Under the pieces are notes generated by a model, which saw only the letters and a list, made by a program, of their open reading frames with translations, made no database searches and was not told where the DNA came from. Below, piece after piece: positions 37,512 through 46,048 of a DNA stretch of 64,000 nt; the stretch's first letter is position 1, and the number at the start of each line of letters is the position of its first letter. The stretch is taken from assembly GCA_965228735.1 (NCBI GenBank), contig OZ245838.1, positions 6,368,001 through 6,432,000 on the forward strand, written 5' to 3'. This DNA is from Planctomycetota bacterium. GTDB lineage: Bacteria; Planctomycetota; UBA1135; UBA2386. Made by a program: the position numbers and the translations under genes.

Positions 37512-38267
37512 GTGTCCGCCAGCAACAAGCCACGTCCAGCTAACGACGACACATTGGCGCTTTTGGGCGTCGATGTCCGCCCCGTGGTCGAGCAGCTCGT
37601 TCACGGTGCCATCGGCAGGACCGTGCGTTGCACCCCGAACCGCCGGACCGTCTTCGTCGATGGCCCGGTCGCGTTGTTCGGGAAGTGGCGGGAGCACGGT
37701 CTCCCGGCGGGGTTCTGGCGCGTCGGCACCGCGGCCGACGCCGCGCGCGAGTGGCACTGGCTGCACGTGCTGCCGCTCATGGGACTGCGGGTTCCCGAAC
37801 CCGTGTGCTGGATCGGCAACCGGTCGCGCTCGTTGCTCGTGACGAACCGCGTGCCGGGTCGCGGCATGGATGCCTGGATGCGGGTCGCCGAACGGGAGGG
37901 CTGGCTGGAGCAGCTCTTCGACTACGTGCTCGAACACGTCGCACCCGCGATCCGGCGCTTGCACGCGGCCGGGGTCGCCTACCGTGACCTCTACTGGAAC
38001 CACGTCTTCGTGTCGGACCCGCGCGCCGGGGACGAGCCGGTGTTTCTGGATGTCGAGCGCGCCTTCCGACCGCTGTGGCGCTGGCGCCGCTGGGTCGTCA
38101 AGGACCTCGCCGGCCTGCTCGCGTCGGTGTCCGTCGAGCTGCCGCCGAGCTGGCCGCTGCGGTTCTTGCGGCAATACACCGGTGGGGCGCGGCTCGATCC
38201 TCGCTGGCTCGCAGCCATCGCGAGCAAGGCGCGGCGAATCCGGGGTCACCAGCCCAAGTTCGGCTGA
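37512..38267 (+). CDS. Lipopolysaccharide kinase (Kdo/WaaP/InaA) family protein
   Basis: AAREW, LHAAGVAYRDLYWNH, FLDVERA and KDLAGL. Confidence 0.75.
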   Translation: MSASNKPRPANDDTLALLGVDVRPVVEQLVHGAIGRTVRCTPNRRTVFVDGPVALFGKWREHGLPAGFWRVGTAADAAREWHWLHVLPLMGLRVPEPVCWIGNRSRSLLVTNRVPGRGMDAWMRVAEREGWLEQLFDYVLEHVAPAIRRLHAAGVAYRDLYWNHVFVSDPRAGDEPVFLDVERAFRPLWRWRRWVVKDLAGLLASVSVELPPSWPLRFLRQYTGGARLDPRWLAAIASKARRIRGHQPKFG

Positions 38268-38352
38268 CGTTCGGTTGCGGTTCGGTCGCCGTTCGCGCCT
38301 CCCGAACGGGCTACGGCGTGGCCCAGTGATCTACGACGGGGCGGCTAACGTC

Positions 38353-38414
38353 GGGGCTACGACGCGGGGGGGCTACGACGCGGGGGGCTACGACGCGGGG
38401 GGGCTACGACGCGG
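38353..38414 (+). repeat. Tandem repeat of G(4-7)CTACGACGC x4
   Basis: G-runs of 4, 7, 6 and 7 separated by an identical 9-mer; the last copy holds the stop codon of the PEP-CTERM gene. Confidence 0.9.
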
Positions 38415-38715
38415 TCGTTCCGGGGCGCTCGCGCCGCCGCAGTCGCGCTGTGATCGCGATGCCGAGCAGGCCGGAACCGACGAGGAACAGCGCGCTCGGC
38501 TCGGGCACGGGGGCCGCGCCGTCGCCGCCGGGCTCTCCGCCTGCCTGGTGGCGCGCATCGAGCGCCACGCCGTCCGTCGGCGAGGATGTGTTCTTGCTCG
38601 CCAAGCCTGGCTCCGACGGGATCGTGCTCCGATTCGCAATCGGGCGTGGGGGCGTCTGGGTCGTCGCGGTGGCGACGAGCAGGCAGCAGCAGGCGAGAGA
38701 GACGATGAGCCGCAT
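38404..38715 (-). CDS. Small PEP-CTERM sorting-domain protein
   Basis: Signal-like N-terminus; C-terminal VPEPSALFLVGSGLLGIAITARLRRR. Confidence 0.82.
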   Translation of the reverse strand: MRLIVSLACCCLLVATATTQTPPRPIANRSTIPSEPGLASKNTSSPTDGVALDARHQAGGEPGGDGAAPVPEPSALFLVGSGLLGIAITARLRRRERPGTTAS

Positions 38716-38939
38716 GGGGCGACGGGAGAGCAGGCGAGCGAAGCTGGCGGAGGGCGAGAACCGCTTCCGGATGTATTGGAATACCGGAAGAATCAGAATG
38801 CGCAAACACGGTCGTGCCGAATTCACGAGATCCTGACCTGGGGGGCTCCCGGAGTGTAGGTCGACCACCGTCCTACAATGTCGTGAGCGGTTTTCGTGGG
38901 ACGTTTTGTCCGGGAATCCTCGGAGATTACCATTCTCGG

Positions 38940-39302
38940 GCCTGGTCTCCGGGCGATCGCCGGCGGCCTCGTGCCGCGGGAGGAAAGTCCGGGCTCCGCA
39001 GGGCGAGGTGGTGGGTAACGCCCACCGTTCGCAAGGACAGGGAAAGTGCCACAGAGAACAGACCGCCGGACGGCCCAACGGGCGACGGTAAGGGTGAAAC
39101 GGTGAGGTAAGAGCTCACCGCGGGCCGGATGACCGGCTCGGCACGGCAAACCCCACCTGGAGGAAGACCGAATAGGAGGATCGCGTCGCCCGCGCCGAGA
39201 TCCTCGGGTAGGTCGTTCAGGTCCGCCGCAAGGCGGGCCATAGAGAAATGATCGTCGCCGTCCCTCGGGGCGGTACCAGAACCCGGCTTACGGAGACCAG
39301 GC
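38940..39302 (+). ncRNA. rnpB: RNase P RNA, bacterial type A
   Basis: GAGGAAAGTCCGGGCTCC, GAAAGTGCCACAGA, GGGTGAAACGGTG, GGCAAACCCC and AGAACCCGGCTTA; P1 helix GCCTGGTCTCCG / CGGAGACCAGGC. Confidence 0.97.
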
Positions 39303-39398
39303 ACTTTCTTCTCCCGTTCCCCGGCCCGCCACCCCTTCAACCGTAAGCTTCGCGCGCGACCCGCTGGCGCATTGCGTGGGCCCGCCCGCGGCGGTCGG

Positions 39399-39815
39399 TC
39401 ACCCGCGGTAGCGCTCGAGGATGACGAGCGCGGCGATGCTGTCCGCGTGGTCCTTGCGGCGCTTGGCCTTCAGGCCGCCGGCCTTGAGCCGCGCGTGGGC
39501 TTCGTCCGTGCTGTGACTCTCGTCGACCGTGGTCAGCGGGCACGGCAGCGCCTTGCTGAGCACGTCGCGGAACGCGATCGTCCGCTGCGCCCGGTCGCCG
39601 ACACCGCCGTCGACCGTGAGCGGCATGCCGAGCACCACGAGTTCCGTCTCGCGCTCCTTCGCGAGCTCGGCGATGGCGCGAGCGAGTGCTGCGGGATCGC
39701 GTTCATCGATGCGCGGCAGCGGCAGGGCGATCGTGCCGGTCCAGTCGGTCGCGGCGAGGCCCGTGCGGCTGTCGCCGTAGTCCACGGCGAGGATGCGGCG
39801 CGGTCGGTCGGTCAC
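39399..39815 (-). CDS. ruvX: Holliday junction resolvase-like / pre-16S rRNA nuclease
   Basis: ILAVDYGDSRTGLA, LVVLGMP, VDESHST and DSIAALVILE; GTG overlaps the manC stop. Confidence 0.92.
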   Translation of the reverse strand: MTDRPRRILAVDYGDSRTGLAATDWTGTIALPLPRIDERDPAALARAIAELAKERETELVVLGMPLTVDGGVGDRAQRTIAFRDVLSKALPCPLTTVDESHSTDEAHARLKAGGLKAKRRKDHADSIAALVILERYRG

Positions 39816-40912
39816 AGCAGGTCGTCCCGGCCTTTGGCGCGGACGTGCTCGACGAACTTCTTGAGTTCGGCGGCGCGATCGCGCGGGCAGACGAGGACGG
39901 CGTCGCCAACGGCAACGACGACGAGGTCCCGGACGCCGAACAGGCAGACCGTGCGGTCGCCCTCGGCGAAGACGAGGTTGTCCTTGCTCTCGAGCGCGAG
40001 GTCCTGCGCGCCGTCGACGAGCAGCGCGTGATTGCCGTCGCCGCGATCGCTGCCGATGTCCGCGAGGGCAGCGAGGCCGCCGACATCGTTCCAGTCGATC
40101 GTCGCGCGCACGACCGCGATGGCCGGCGCGTTCTCCATCACCGCGTAGTCGATCGATGTCTTCGGTGCCGACCGGAATGCCGCGGCGAGCTCGTCGCCGG
40201 TTGCGCCGCCCCCCGAGAAGGCCGTCCGCATCGCTTCGGTTGCGGCGAGCAGCTCGGGGCTCGACTCCTGCATCGCGGCCATGATGCCCCGCGCGCTCCA
40301 GACGAAGATGCCGCTGTTCCACAGCATGCCCGCGGCGACGAACTGCTCCGCGGTCGCGCGGTCGGGCTTCTCGCGGAAACGTTCGGCGTGGAATGCGGCC
40401 GGCTCGCCGTCGTCGAGCTGCTGGCCGGGCTCGATGTAGCCGAACCCCGTCGCCGCGTGGGTGGGGGTGATGCCGAACGTGACGATCGTGCGGTCGTCGG
40501 CCGCGAGGTCGCGACCGCGGCGCACCATCGTGTGAAACGCGTCGGCCGGGCCGAGCACGTGGTCCGCCGGCATGACGACCATCGCGGCGTCGGGGTCCCG
40601 AGCCGCGACCGCGGCAGTCGCGAGCGCGATGCACGGCGCGGTGTCGCGCGCCTCGGGTTCGATGAGGATGCGTCCCTCCGGCAGGTCGGGCACCGCGCGG
40701 CGCACGGCGTCGAGCTGACCGGGGTTCGTCACGAGCCAGACGTTGTCGGGGTCGCAGAGTCCGTCGAGGCGGGCGAGCGTCGCGGCGAGCAGCGGCTGAC
40801 CGTGGGCGAGCGGCAGCACCTGCTTGGGGCGGGCTGCTCGACTCGCGGGCCAGAAGCGGGTGCCGGATCCTCCGGCCATGACGACGGCGTGCAGATTGCC
40901 GGTGGTTGGCAT
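39812..40912 (-). CDS. manC: Mannose-1-phosphate guanylyltransferase
   Basis: MAGGSGTRFWPASR..PKQ, EPEARDTA, PADH, FREKP, WNSGIF and SIDYAVME. Confidence 0.93.
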   Translation of the reverse strand: MPTTGNLHAVVMAGGSGTRFWPASRAARPKQVLPLAHGQPLLAATLARLDGLCDPDNVWLVTNPGQLDAVRRAVPDLPEGRILIEPEARDTAPCIALATAAVAARDPDAAMVVMPADHVLGPADAFHTMVRRGRDLAADDRTIVTFGITPTHAATGFGYIEPGQQLDDGEPAAFHAERFREKPDRATAEQFVAAGMLWNSGIFVWSARGIMAAMQESSPELLAATEAMRTAFSGGGATGDELAAAFRSAPKTSIDYAVMENAPAIAVVRATIDWNDVGGLAALADIGSDRGDGNHALLVDGAQDLALESKDNLVFAEGDRTVCLFGVRDLVVVAVGDAVLVCPRDRAAELKKFVEHVRAKGRDDLL

Positions 40913-40916
40913 CCGG

Positions 40917-43900
40917 TTAGTAGTCGGGGGTCTCGGTACGGGGCATGATCGGCGGCAGCGGCGGTACTCGCGAACGGTCGGGTGCGCCCTGGCCGAAGAT
41001 GCGCTGCTCGGCCACCAGGTTGCGGAGGTGGCCGTAGAGGTGGAAGCTCACGAAGTTGCCCGCGAAGAACTCGACGAACGGCGTCACGAGCGGGTCCGCG
41101 CTGTTGCCGAGCAGGTTGGCCAGCTTGAGCTGGATGTCGACGTAGCCGTCGAGCCCGAGCGTGCCGTCGCCCTCCGCAGACAGCAGGTTGGATTTGACGA
41201 GCAGCCTCTCGAACGCGAGACGCTGTTCGCCGAGGCTCCAGGTCGCCTCGAGGTCGGTGAAGCGCGGGCGCTCCGGTGCGGGCATCTGCGCGTAGATCGC
41301 GGTGAAGAGCGGGACCGCGCCGAGGTCGCCGCGCTCGATCACGAGCGTGCCGTTGCCGACCGCATCTACGATGGCCTGGCCGTCGAGGCGGTCGATCCGC
41401 AGCGCGCCGCGCGCATCGCCGCGGTAGGGCGGTGACTCCCAGCCGGTCTTGCGCAAGAAGCTGTTCACATCGACGCCCTTGAAGTCCACGTCGACCTGCA
41501 ACCGCCCGTCCGGAGTCGCGGGGGCCGGCAGGGTGTAGACGAACGCCGGCGTCGCGGGGTTGCGCTGCCGGAACGTGCCCCCGTGCAACCTGGCGTCGAG
41601 GCCGTCGAGGACGAGCCGCTGGGAATCCGCCTGGAAGCGGCCCGAGAGCCCCTCGAACGGCTGGTCGACGAGTTGCAGCGAGGCGTTCGTCAACCGGCCG
41701 GCGAGGCCGCCGCCGCCGTCGCCGACCCGCGACTCGTCGAGCTTGACGTCGCCGTAGAGTCGGCGGACGCGCAGCCCGTCGCGGCCTTCGCCGAGCGTCA
41801 GCCCGACGTCCTGCAGGCGCAGTTCGCCGCTCAGCGTCGTCTCGAACGGCATCGAGCTCCCGGCGGGCGGCACGGCGAAGGCCAGCTTCAGCCGTTCGAT
41901 ACCGGCGCGGCCCGAGAGCCGACGGCCGGCGATCGACTGCCGCAACGGGCCGGCAAACAGTCGCGCGAGGTGCTCGTCGACGGGGAAGTCCGTCGCTTTG
42001 ACCGTGAACGCGACGAGCGTGCGGCCGTCGGGTTCGGGCGCTTCGGAGATCGTGCCGTCGAGCAGCTGCACGAGCTTGCCGCCGAGCTCGGCGCGGACCT
42101 CCTCGAACCCGATGCGCCCGTTGGCGACGTGCACCTCGCCCGTCATCTTGCGGGCCGGCCGCGGCAGGATGGCCGCGTCGGTGCCGACGTCGAGCAGGTG
42201 CACGACGATGTCGAGGTCCGCATCGTTCGCCGGCGTCACGCGATGCCGGCAGACGAGATCGACCGCGCCCGACGGCTGCAGGAAGTCCCAGGTCTCCTGC
42301 TCGAGCGCGCCGAGCGTCGCCAGCGCGTTGCCGAGTGCGTCGTCGAGCTCGAGGCCGCGCACGACGAGGGACAGGTCGCTGTCGGTCTGGTCGGTCGTGG
42401 CCGTGGCGTCCGCGGCCCGGCTCGCGCCCGGCTCGCGGTCCTTCTGGCTGTATTCGACGCGGCCGAGCATCGCGAGCTGTGCGGACGTCGCCGCGCCGTG
42501 GTCGAGCCGGCCGCGCAGCGCGTCGAAGTCGATGCGCATGGCCTCGCCCGAGCCGGTGATGAGGATGCGGCCGTTGAGGTCGCGGGCGAACCACGGGTCC
42601 ACCGCGAGCCGCAGTTCGACGTCCTCGACGTCGAGTCGGAGGTCGTAGTGAAAGCCGTCGAGGTCGGGCGCGATCGAAGATCCGGCCGCGGCGCTCGCGG
42701 GCTGCCACGCCCGCACGAAGCCGCTGCACCGGCCGCTCGGCGCCACGGCACCCCACGGCTTGTCGATGTCCGGCGCGAGTTTGCGCACGGCAACGCGCAG
42801 GTCCTCGTCGATCGCCAGGCCTTCGAGTTCGACCGCGACCTGGACGCCTTCGCGTTCGGTGCCCTCACTGTTGTTCGAGCCGGTCCCGTCGTTCTCGTAT
42901 TCGATCGGGAGCCGGCCGTGCAGCGTCACGCTGCCGTCGCCGTGGCGCCCGACGAGGTCGAACTCGGCCTTGCTGTAGTGCACGACGATGCTGCCGCGGA
43001 TGGCCGCGAGCTCGTACGGGAACTCCTGCCACAGCACCGCGGCGTCGCGCGGCGTGATCGTGACCGCGAACAGACCGTCGAGCTGCGACTCGGGCCGCAC
43101 GGCGACATCGACGTCCGCGTTCCCGCGCGGTCGCAGGCTGTCGTAGAGCGCACCGTCGTCGGTCAGCAGGTCGGCGAGCGCCGTGCGCAGCGCCGACGTG
43201 AAGCGTACGTTCTCGGCGCGGATGTCGAGGGTCGTGCTCTCCAGCGGCTCGACCACGGTGTTGATCCGGCCCGTCAGCGTGACATCGCCGCCGCCCGCGG
43301 ACTCCTTGATGCGCGCCGACATGTCGATGAGCTCGACGATGCCCTCGCGCAATCGCACCGTGCCCTGCGCGCCCTCGAGCGGCAGCGCGAATCCGATGCG
43401 GTGACCGCGCGTCTCGAACCCGCGGTAGGCGAGCTCGCCCTCGCGCACCTGCATGTCGAACTCGACCTTGCCGGTCGCGCGCTGCGGATCGCGGAGGAAG
43501 AACTCCATGTCGGCGCGGCCGGCGCGCGGCGCGAGCGCATCGACGATCTCGGCACCGAGGTCGAAGAGCCGCAGCGCGTCGAGCGTGTCGTCGTCGACCT
43601 GCAGGTTCTTGCCGGTCGCGCGCACCGTGTAGCTGAGTTCGTCCGCGCCGAGCGTCATGCCCGTCACGTCGACCGTGATGTCGATCGACCCGTCGGCCAG
43701 CGGCTGCTGGATCTGAGCGCGCAGCTCGCCGCCGTTCCTGCTGCTCCCCACGAAATCGATCGTCGCCGACTGCAGGTGGCGCGGCAGGCTCGCGGCCGCG
43801 AGGCGCGCCTGCTGGAGCTGGCCGCGGGCCTCGACCCTGGTCGTCATCGCGCCGCTCTCGTCCGGCGCGGTGCGGAACGTCAGCTCGAGTTGCCGCAGCG

Positions 43901-44615
43901 TGCCGGCGAGGTCGATCGGGTCCGAGAACGCGATGCCGAGTCGGCCCTCGAGCCACTGCAGGCACGCCGTCTCGAGCGGCCAGTTCGTGACCCGCGCCGT
44001 GAACTCGGTGGCGCCCGATTCCGAGTCGACGTGCCCCGCGATCTCGACCGTGGCGCCGAGGCCTTCGACGCGCGCGGAGCCCGTCACGACGAACGTCTGT
44101 TCGTCGCCGAGGCGCGGCGTCGCGGTCGCGTTCAACGCCGTGAGTTGGATCGGCTCGCGGCCGGGCGTGCAGCCGATGCGGACCCGTCCGTCGGTGATCG
44201 CCAGGGCCGGCAGGGCGCTCGCCGCGCGGTTCTCGTCCGGCGCCGTGGTCCGCAGCAACTGGGCCAGGGCGGGTGGGTTTTCCCCAATGTCGACCTCGAG
44301 GCCGCTCACGCCCACGCGCCGGAGGGCAACGATCTGACCGATGTCGAAGCTGGCATCGAGGTCGACCTGCGCCGCTCGCAAGAGCGGTTGTCCTGGGCGG
44401 TTCGGATCCGCGATGTGCAGTTCCCGCACGATGATGCGACCGGCGCCGAGGTCGAGCTCCGTGCCGCCGAGCGTCACGGGTGCGAGCAGGAGCGCGTCGA
44501 GCTGTCGCTGCACGATCCCACTCGCGGCATCGGAGCGATGCAGGACACTCCACGTCACGCCGCCGAGCGCGATCACGAGCACCAGGGAGTACAGCAGAAT
44601 GCGGCGCCAGCTCAT
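40917..44615 (-). CDS. Large AsmA-like (repeating beta-groove) envelope protein
   Basis: N-terminal TM anchor, about 1200 aa of beta-rich repeats, AsmA-like C-terminus. Confidence 0.7.
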   Translation of the reverse strand: MSWRRILLYSLVLVIALGGVTWSVLHRSDAASGIVQRQLDALLLAPVTLGGTELDLGAGRIIVRELHIADPNRPGQPLLRAAQVDLDASFDIGQIVALRRVGVSGLEVDIGENPPALAQLLRTTAPDENRAASALPALAITDGRVRIGCTPGREPIQLTALNATATPRLGDEQTFVVTGSARVEGLGATVEIAGHVDSESGATEFTARVTNWPLETACLQWLEGRLGIAFSDPIDLAGTLRQLELTFRTAPDESGAMTTRVEARGQLQQARLAAASLPRHLQSATIDFVGSSRNGGELRAQIQQPLADGSIDITVDVTGMTLGADELSYTVRATGKNLQVDDDTLDALRLFDLGAEIVDALAPRAGRADMEFFLRDPQRATGKVEFDMQVREGELAYRGFETRGHRIGFALPLEGAQGTVRLREGIVELIDMSARIKESAGGGDVTLTGRINTVVEPLESTTLDIRAENVRFTSALRTALADLLTDDGALYDSLRPRGNADVDVAVRPESQLDGLFAVTITPRDAAVLWQEFPYELAAIRGSIVVHYSKAEFDLVGRHGDGSVTLHGRLPIEYENDGTGSNNSEGTEREGVQVAVELEGLAIDEDLRVAVRKLAPDIDKPWGAVAPSGRCSGFVRAWQPASAAAGSSIAPDLDGFHYDLRLDVEDVELRLAVDPWFARDLNGRILITGSGEAMRIDFDALRGRLDHGAATSAQLAMLGRVEYSQKDREPGASRAADATATTDQTDSDLSLVVRGLELDDALGNALATLGALEQETWDFLQPSGAVDLVCRHRVTPANDADLDIVVHLLDVGTDAAILPRPARKMTGEVHVANGRIGFEEVRAELGGKLVQLLDGTISEAPEPDGRTLVAFTVKATDFPVDEHLARLFAGPLRQSIAGRRLSGRAGIERLKLAFAVPPAGSSMPFETTLSGELRLQDVGLTLGEGRDGLRVRRLYGDVKLDESRVGDGGGGLAGRLTNASLQLVDQPFEGLSGRFQADSQRLVLDGLDARLHGGTFRQRNPATPAFVYTLPAPATPDGRLQVDVDFKGVDVNSFLRKTGWESPPYRGDARGALRIDRLDGQAIVDAVGNGTLVIERGDLGAVPLFTAIYAQMPAPERPRFTDLEATWSLGEQRLAFERLLVKSNLLSAEGDGTLGLDGYVDIQLKLANLLGNSADPLVTPFVEFFAGNFVSFHLYGHLRNLVAEQRIFGQGAPDRSRVPPLPPIMPRTETPDY

Positions 44616-44858
44616 CGAGTGTCCCGATGGTAGCCGGCCGCGACAGTCAGGGCACGGTGGGTCGTCGTGATTCCGCGCATCATTCGCGCTGACACCCGCG
44701 ACACGAAGGCTCGGAATCGGGCGCCAAACGGGGTTTTCGAGGGGTTTTTGATTTGATGTGTGCGCGGGATGTTGTCACACTTCGCGCGAGTTCGCCGGTT
44801 TCCAGGCACTTTGCCGGGTTCTAGCGCGGACCGACACCAATCGTTTCAGAGACATACG

Positions 44859-45065
44859 ATGGCTGCCAAAAAGAAGAAGAAGGCCTCGAAGGGCCCGGTC
44901 GATCTCATCATCTCCAAGGCGCGCACGAAGGCTTCGGTCCGGAAGTGCAACGTCTCCTCGGAGTTCTACGGTGCGCTCGACCAACACGTCCGTCAGTTGA
45001 TCCAGGGCGCTGAGAAGCGCGCTACGCTGAACGGTCGCAAGACCCTGCGTCCGCAGGATATCTAA
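44859..45065 (+). CDS. Bacterial histone-fold protein with lysine-rich N-terminal tail
   Basis: MAAKKKKKASKGPVDLIISKARTKASVRKCNVSSEFYGALDQHVRQLIQGAEKRATLNGRKTLRPQDI. It has the NVSSEF..AL alpha2 start and the RA..NGRKT...D L2 motif of short prokaryotic histones. Confidence 0.9.
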   Translation: MAAKKKKKASKGPVDLIISKARTKASVRKCNVSSEFYGALDQHVRQLIQGAEKRATLNGRKTLRPQDI

Positions 45066-45147
45066 GACGCACCGCGTCGCCCGCTCGCGGCCTGCACTAG
45101 GTGGTGGGTCGAGGGCTTCGACGACGGTCTGCACGTCGTCCACTGTC

Positions 45148-45187
45148 AGGGCCCGGTCGATGCTCGGTTAGGCATCGATCGGGCCTT
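45148..45187. terminator. Long hairpin between the convergent histone and tsaB genes
   Basis: AGGGCCCGGTCGATGC pairs with GCATCGATCGGGCCTT (16 bp including G-U pairs). Confidence 0.55.
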
Positions 45188-45314
45188 GCTTCGTACCCGC
45201 GCGAACTGTCCGACCGGCGGTCGCAGTCTGGAGCGGAACGTGCGATATCGCGGTCGAATCGGCCGTTTGGGCCGCGCCTGCGATTTTCGTCGTGGCGCGG
45301 GCGAGAACGCGCGA

Positions 45315-46046
45315 TCAGTCGGCGTAGGTGCCCATGAGGTAGCGCGGCTCGAGCTCCGTCGTCGCGCACGGCGCGAGCACCTCGGCGAGTTCGCGCGTGA
45401 ACAGCGCGCTGGCGAACGCGGTCTCCGGCTGCGTCGCGATCACCGTCGCCCGCGCAGCCAGTCGTTCGCGCATCGCGGCGTCGAACCCTGGCGGCACGAT
45501 GAACGTGTCGTCGGCGCGCGCGCTCGCGAGCACGTCGTCGGTCACGAGGGCCGCGGACGGTTCGAGCTGTCGCAGCGCGCCGCCGTTGCCGGTCGTCGCG
45601 AACGCGCCGCAATGCCAGCGGCCGCGGCGGGCATCGAGGACGGGTCGGAGGCGGCCGCCGCCGGTGGGCGGTGGTGCGGCCGGCGCCGCGGCGGCGTGCG
45701 CGACGAGCGCGAGCGTGTCGCACGCGAGGACGCGAACCTCGCCGAAATGCTGCAGGAATCGCACGAACGTGAGCGCGATTCGCAGCCCCGTGTACGACCC
45801 CGGGCCGAAGTCCGTACGCAGCTCGACGAGCTGGTCCGGCGCGACGTCGTGGGTTGCGAGCAGGTCGGCCACGAGCCGTGCCAGATCGCCACGCTGGCCG
45901 GTCGGCGTCGACGCGCTGTGGAAATCATTCCCCAGGCGCAGGCACGCGCTGAACGCCGCTTCGCCCGTCGGGTTGCTGCCGCTGACGGCGAGGGCCGCGT
46001 CGTTCCCCGGTGCTCCTGTCGCGTTGCTGTCGCCGCGGCCGGTCAT
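45315..46046 (-). CDS. tsaB: tRNA threonylcarbamoyladenosine biosynthesis protein TsaB
   Basis: GPGSYTGLRI, LDARRG and C-terminal LEPRYL. Confidence 0.85.
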   Translation of the reverse strand: MTGRGDSNATGAPGNDAALAVSGSNPTGEAAFSACLRLGNDFHSASTPTGQRGDLARLVADLLATHDVAPDQLVELRTDFGPGSYTGLRIALTFVRFLQHFGEVRVLACDTLALVAHAAAAPAAPPPTGGGRLRPVLDARRGRWHCGAFATTGNGGALRQLEPSAALVTDDVLASARADDTFIVPPGFDAAMRERLAARATVIATQPETAFASALFTRELAEVLAPCATTELEPRYLMGTYAD

Positions 46047-46048
46047 CG

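Noticed and set aside
44919..44930. ARTK tetrapeptide in the histone, identical to the eukaryotic H3 N-terminus
   Set aside because: It falls within predicted helix alpha1 rather than at the N-terminus, so a four-residue match is probably coincidence.
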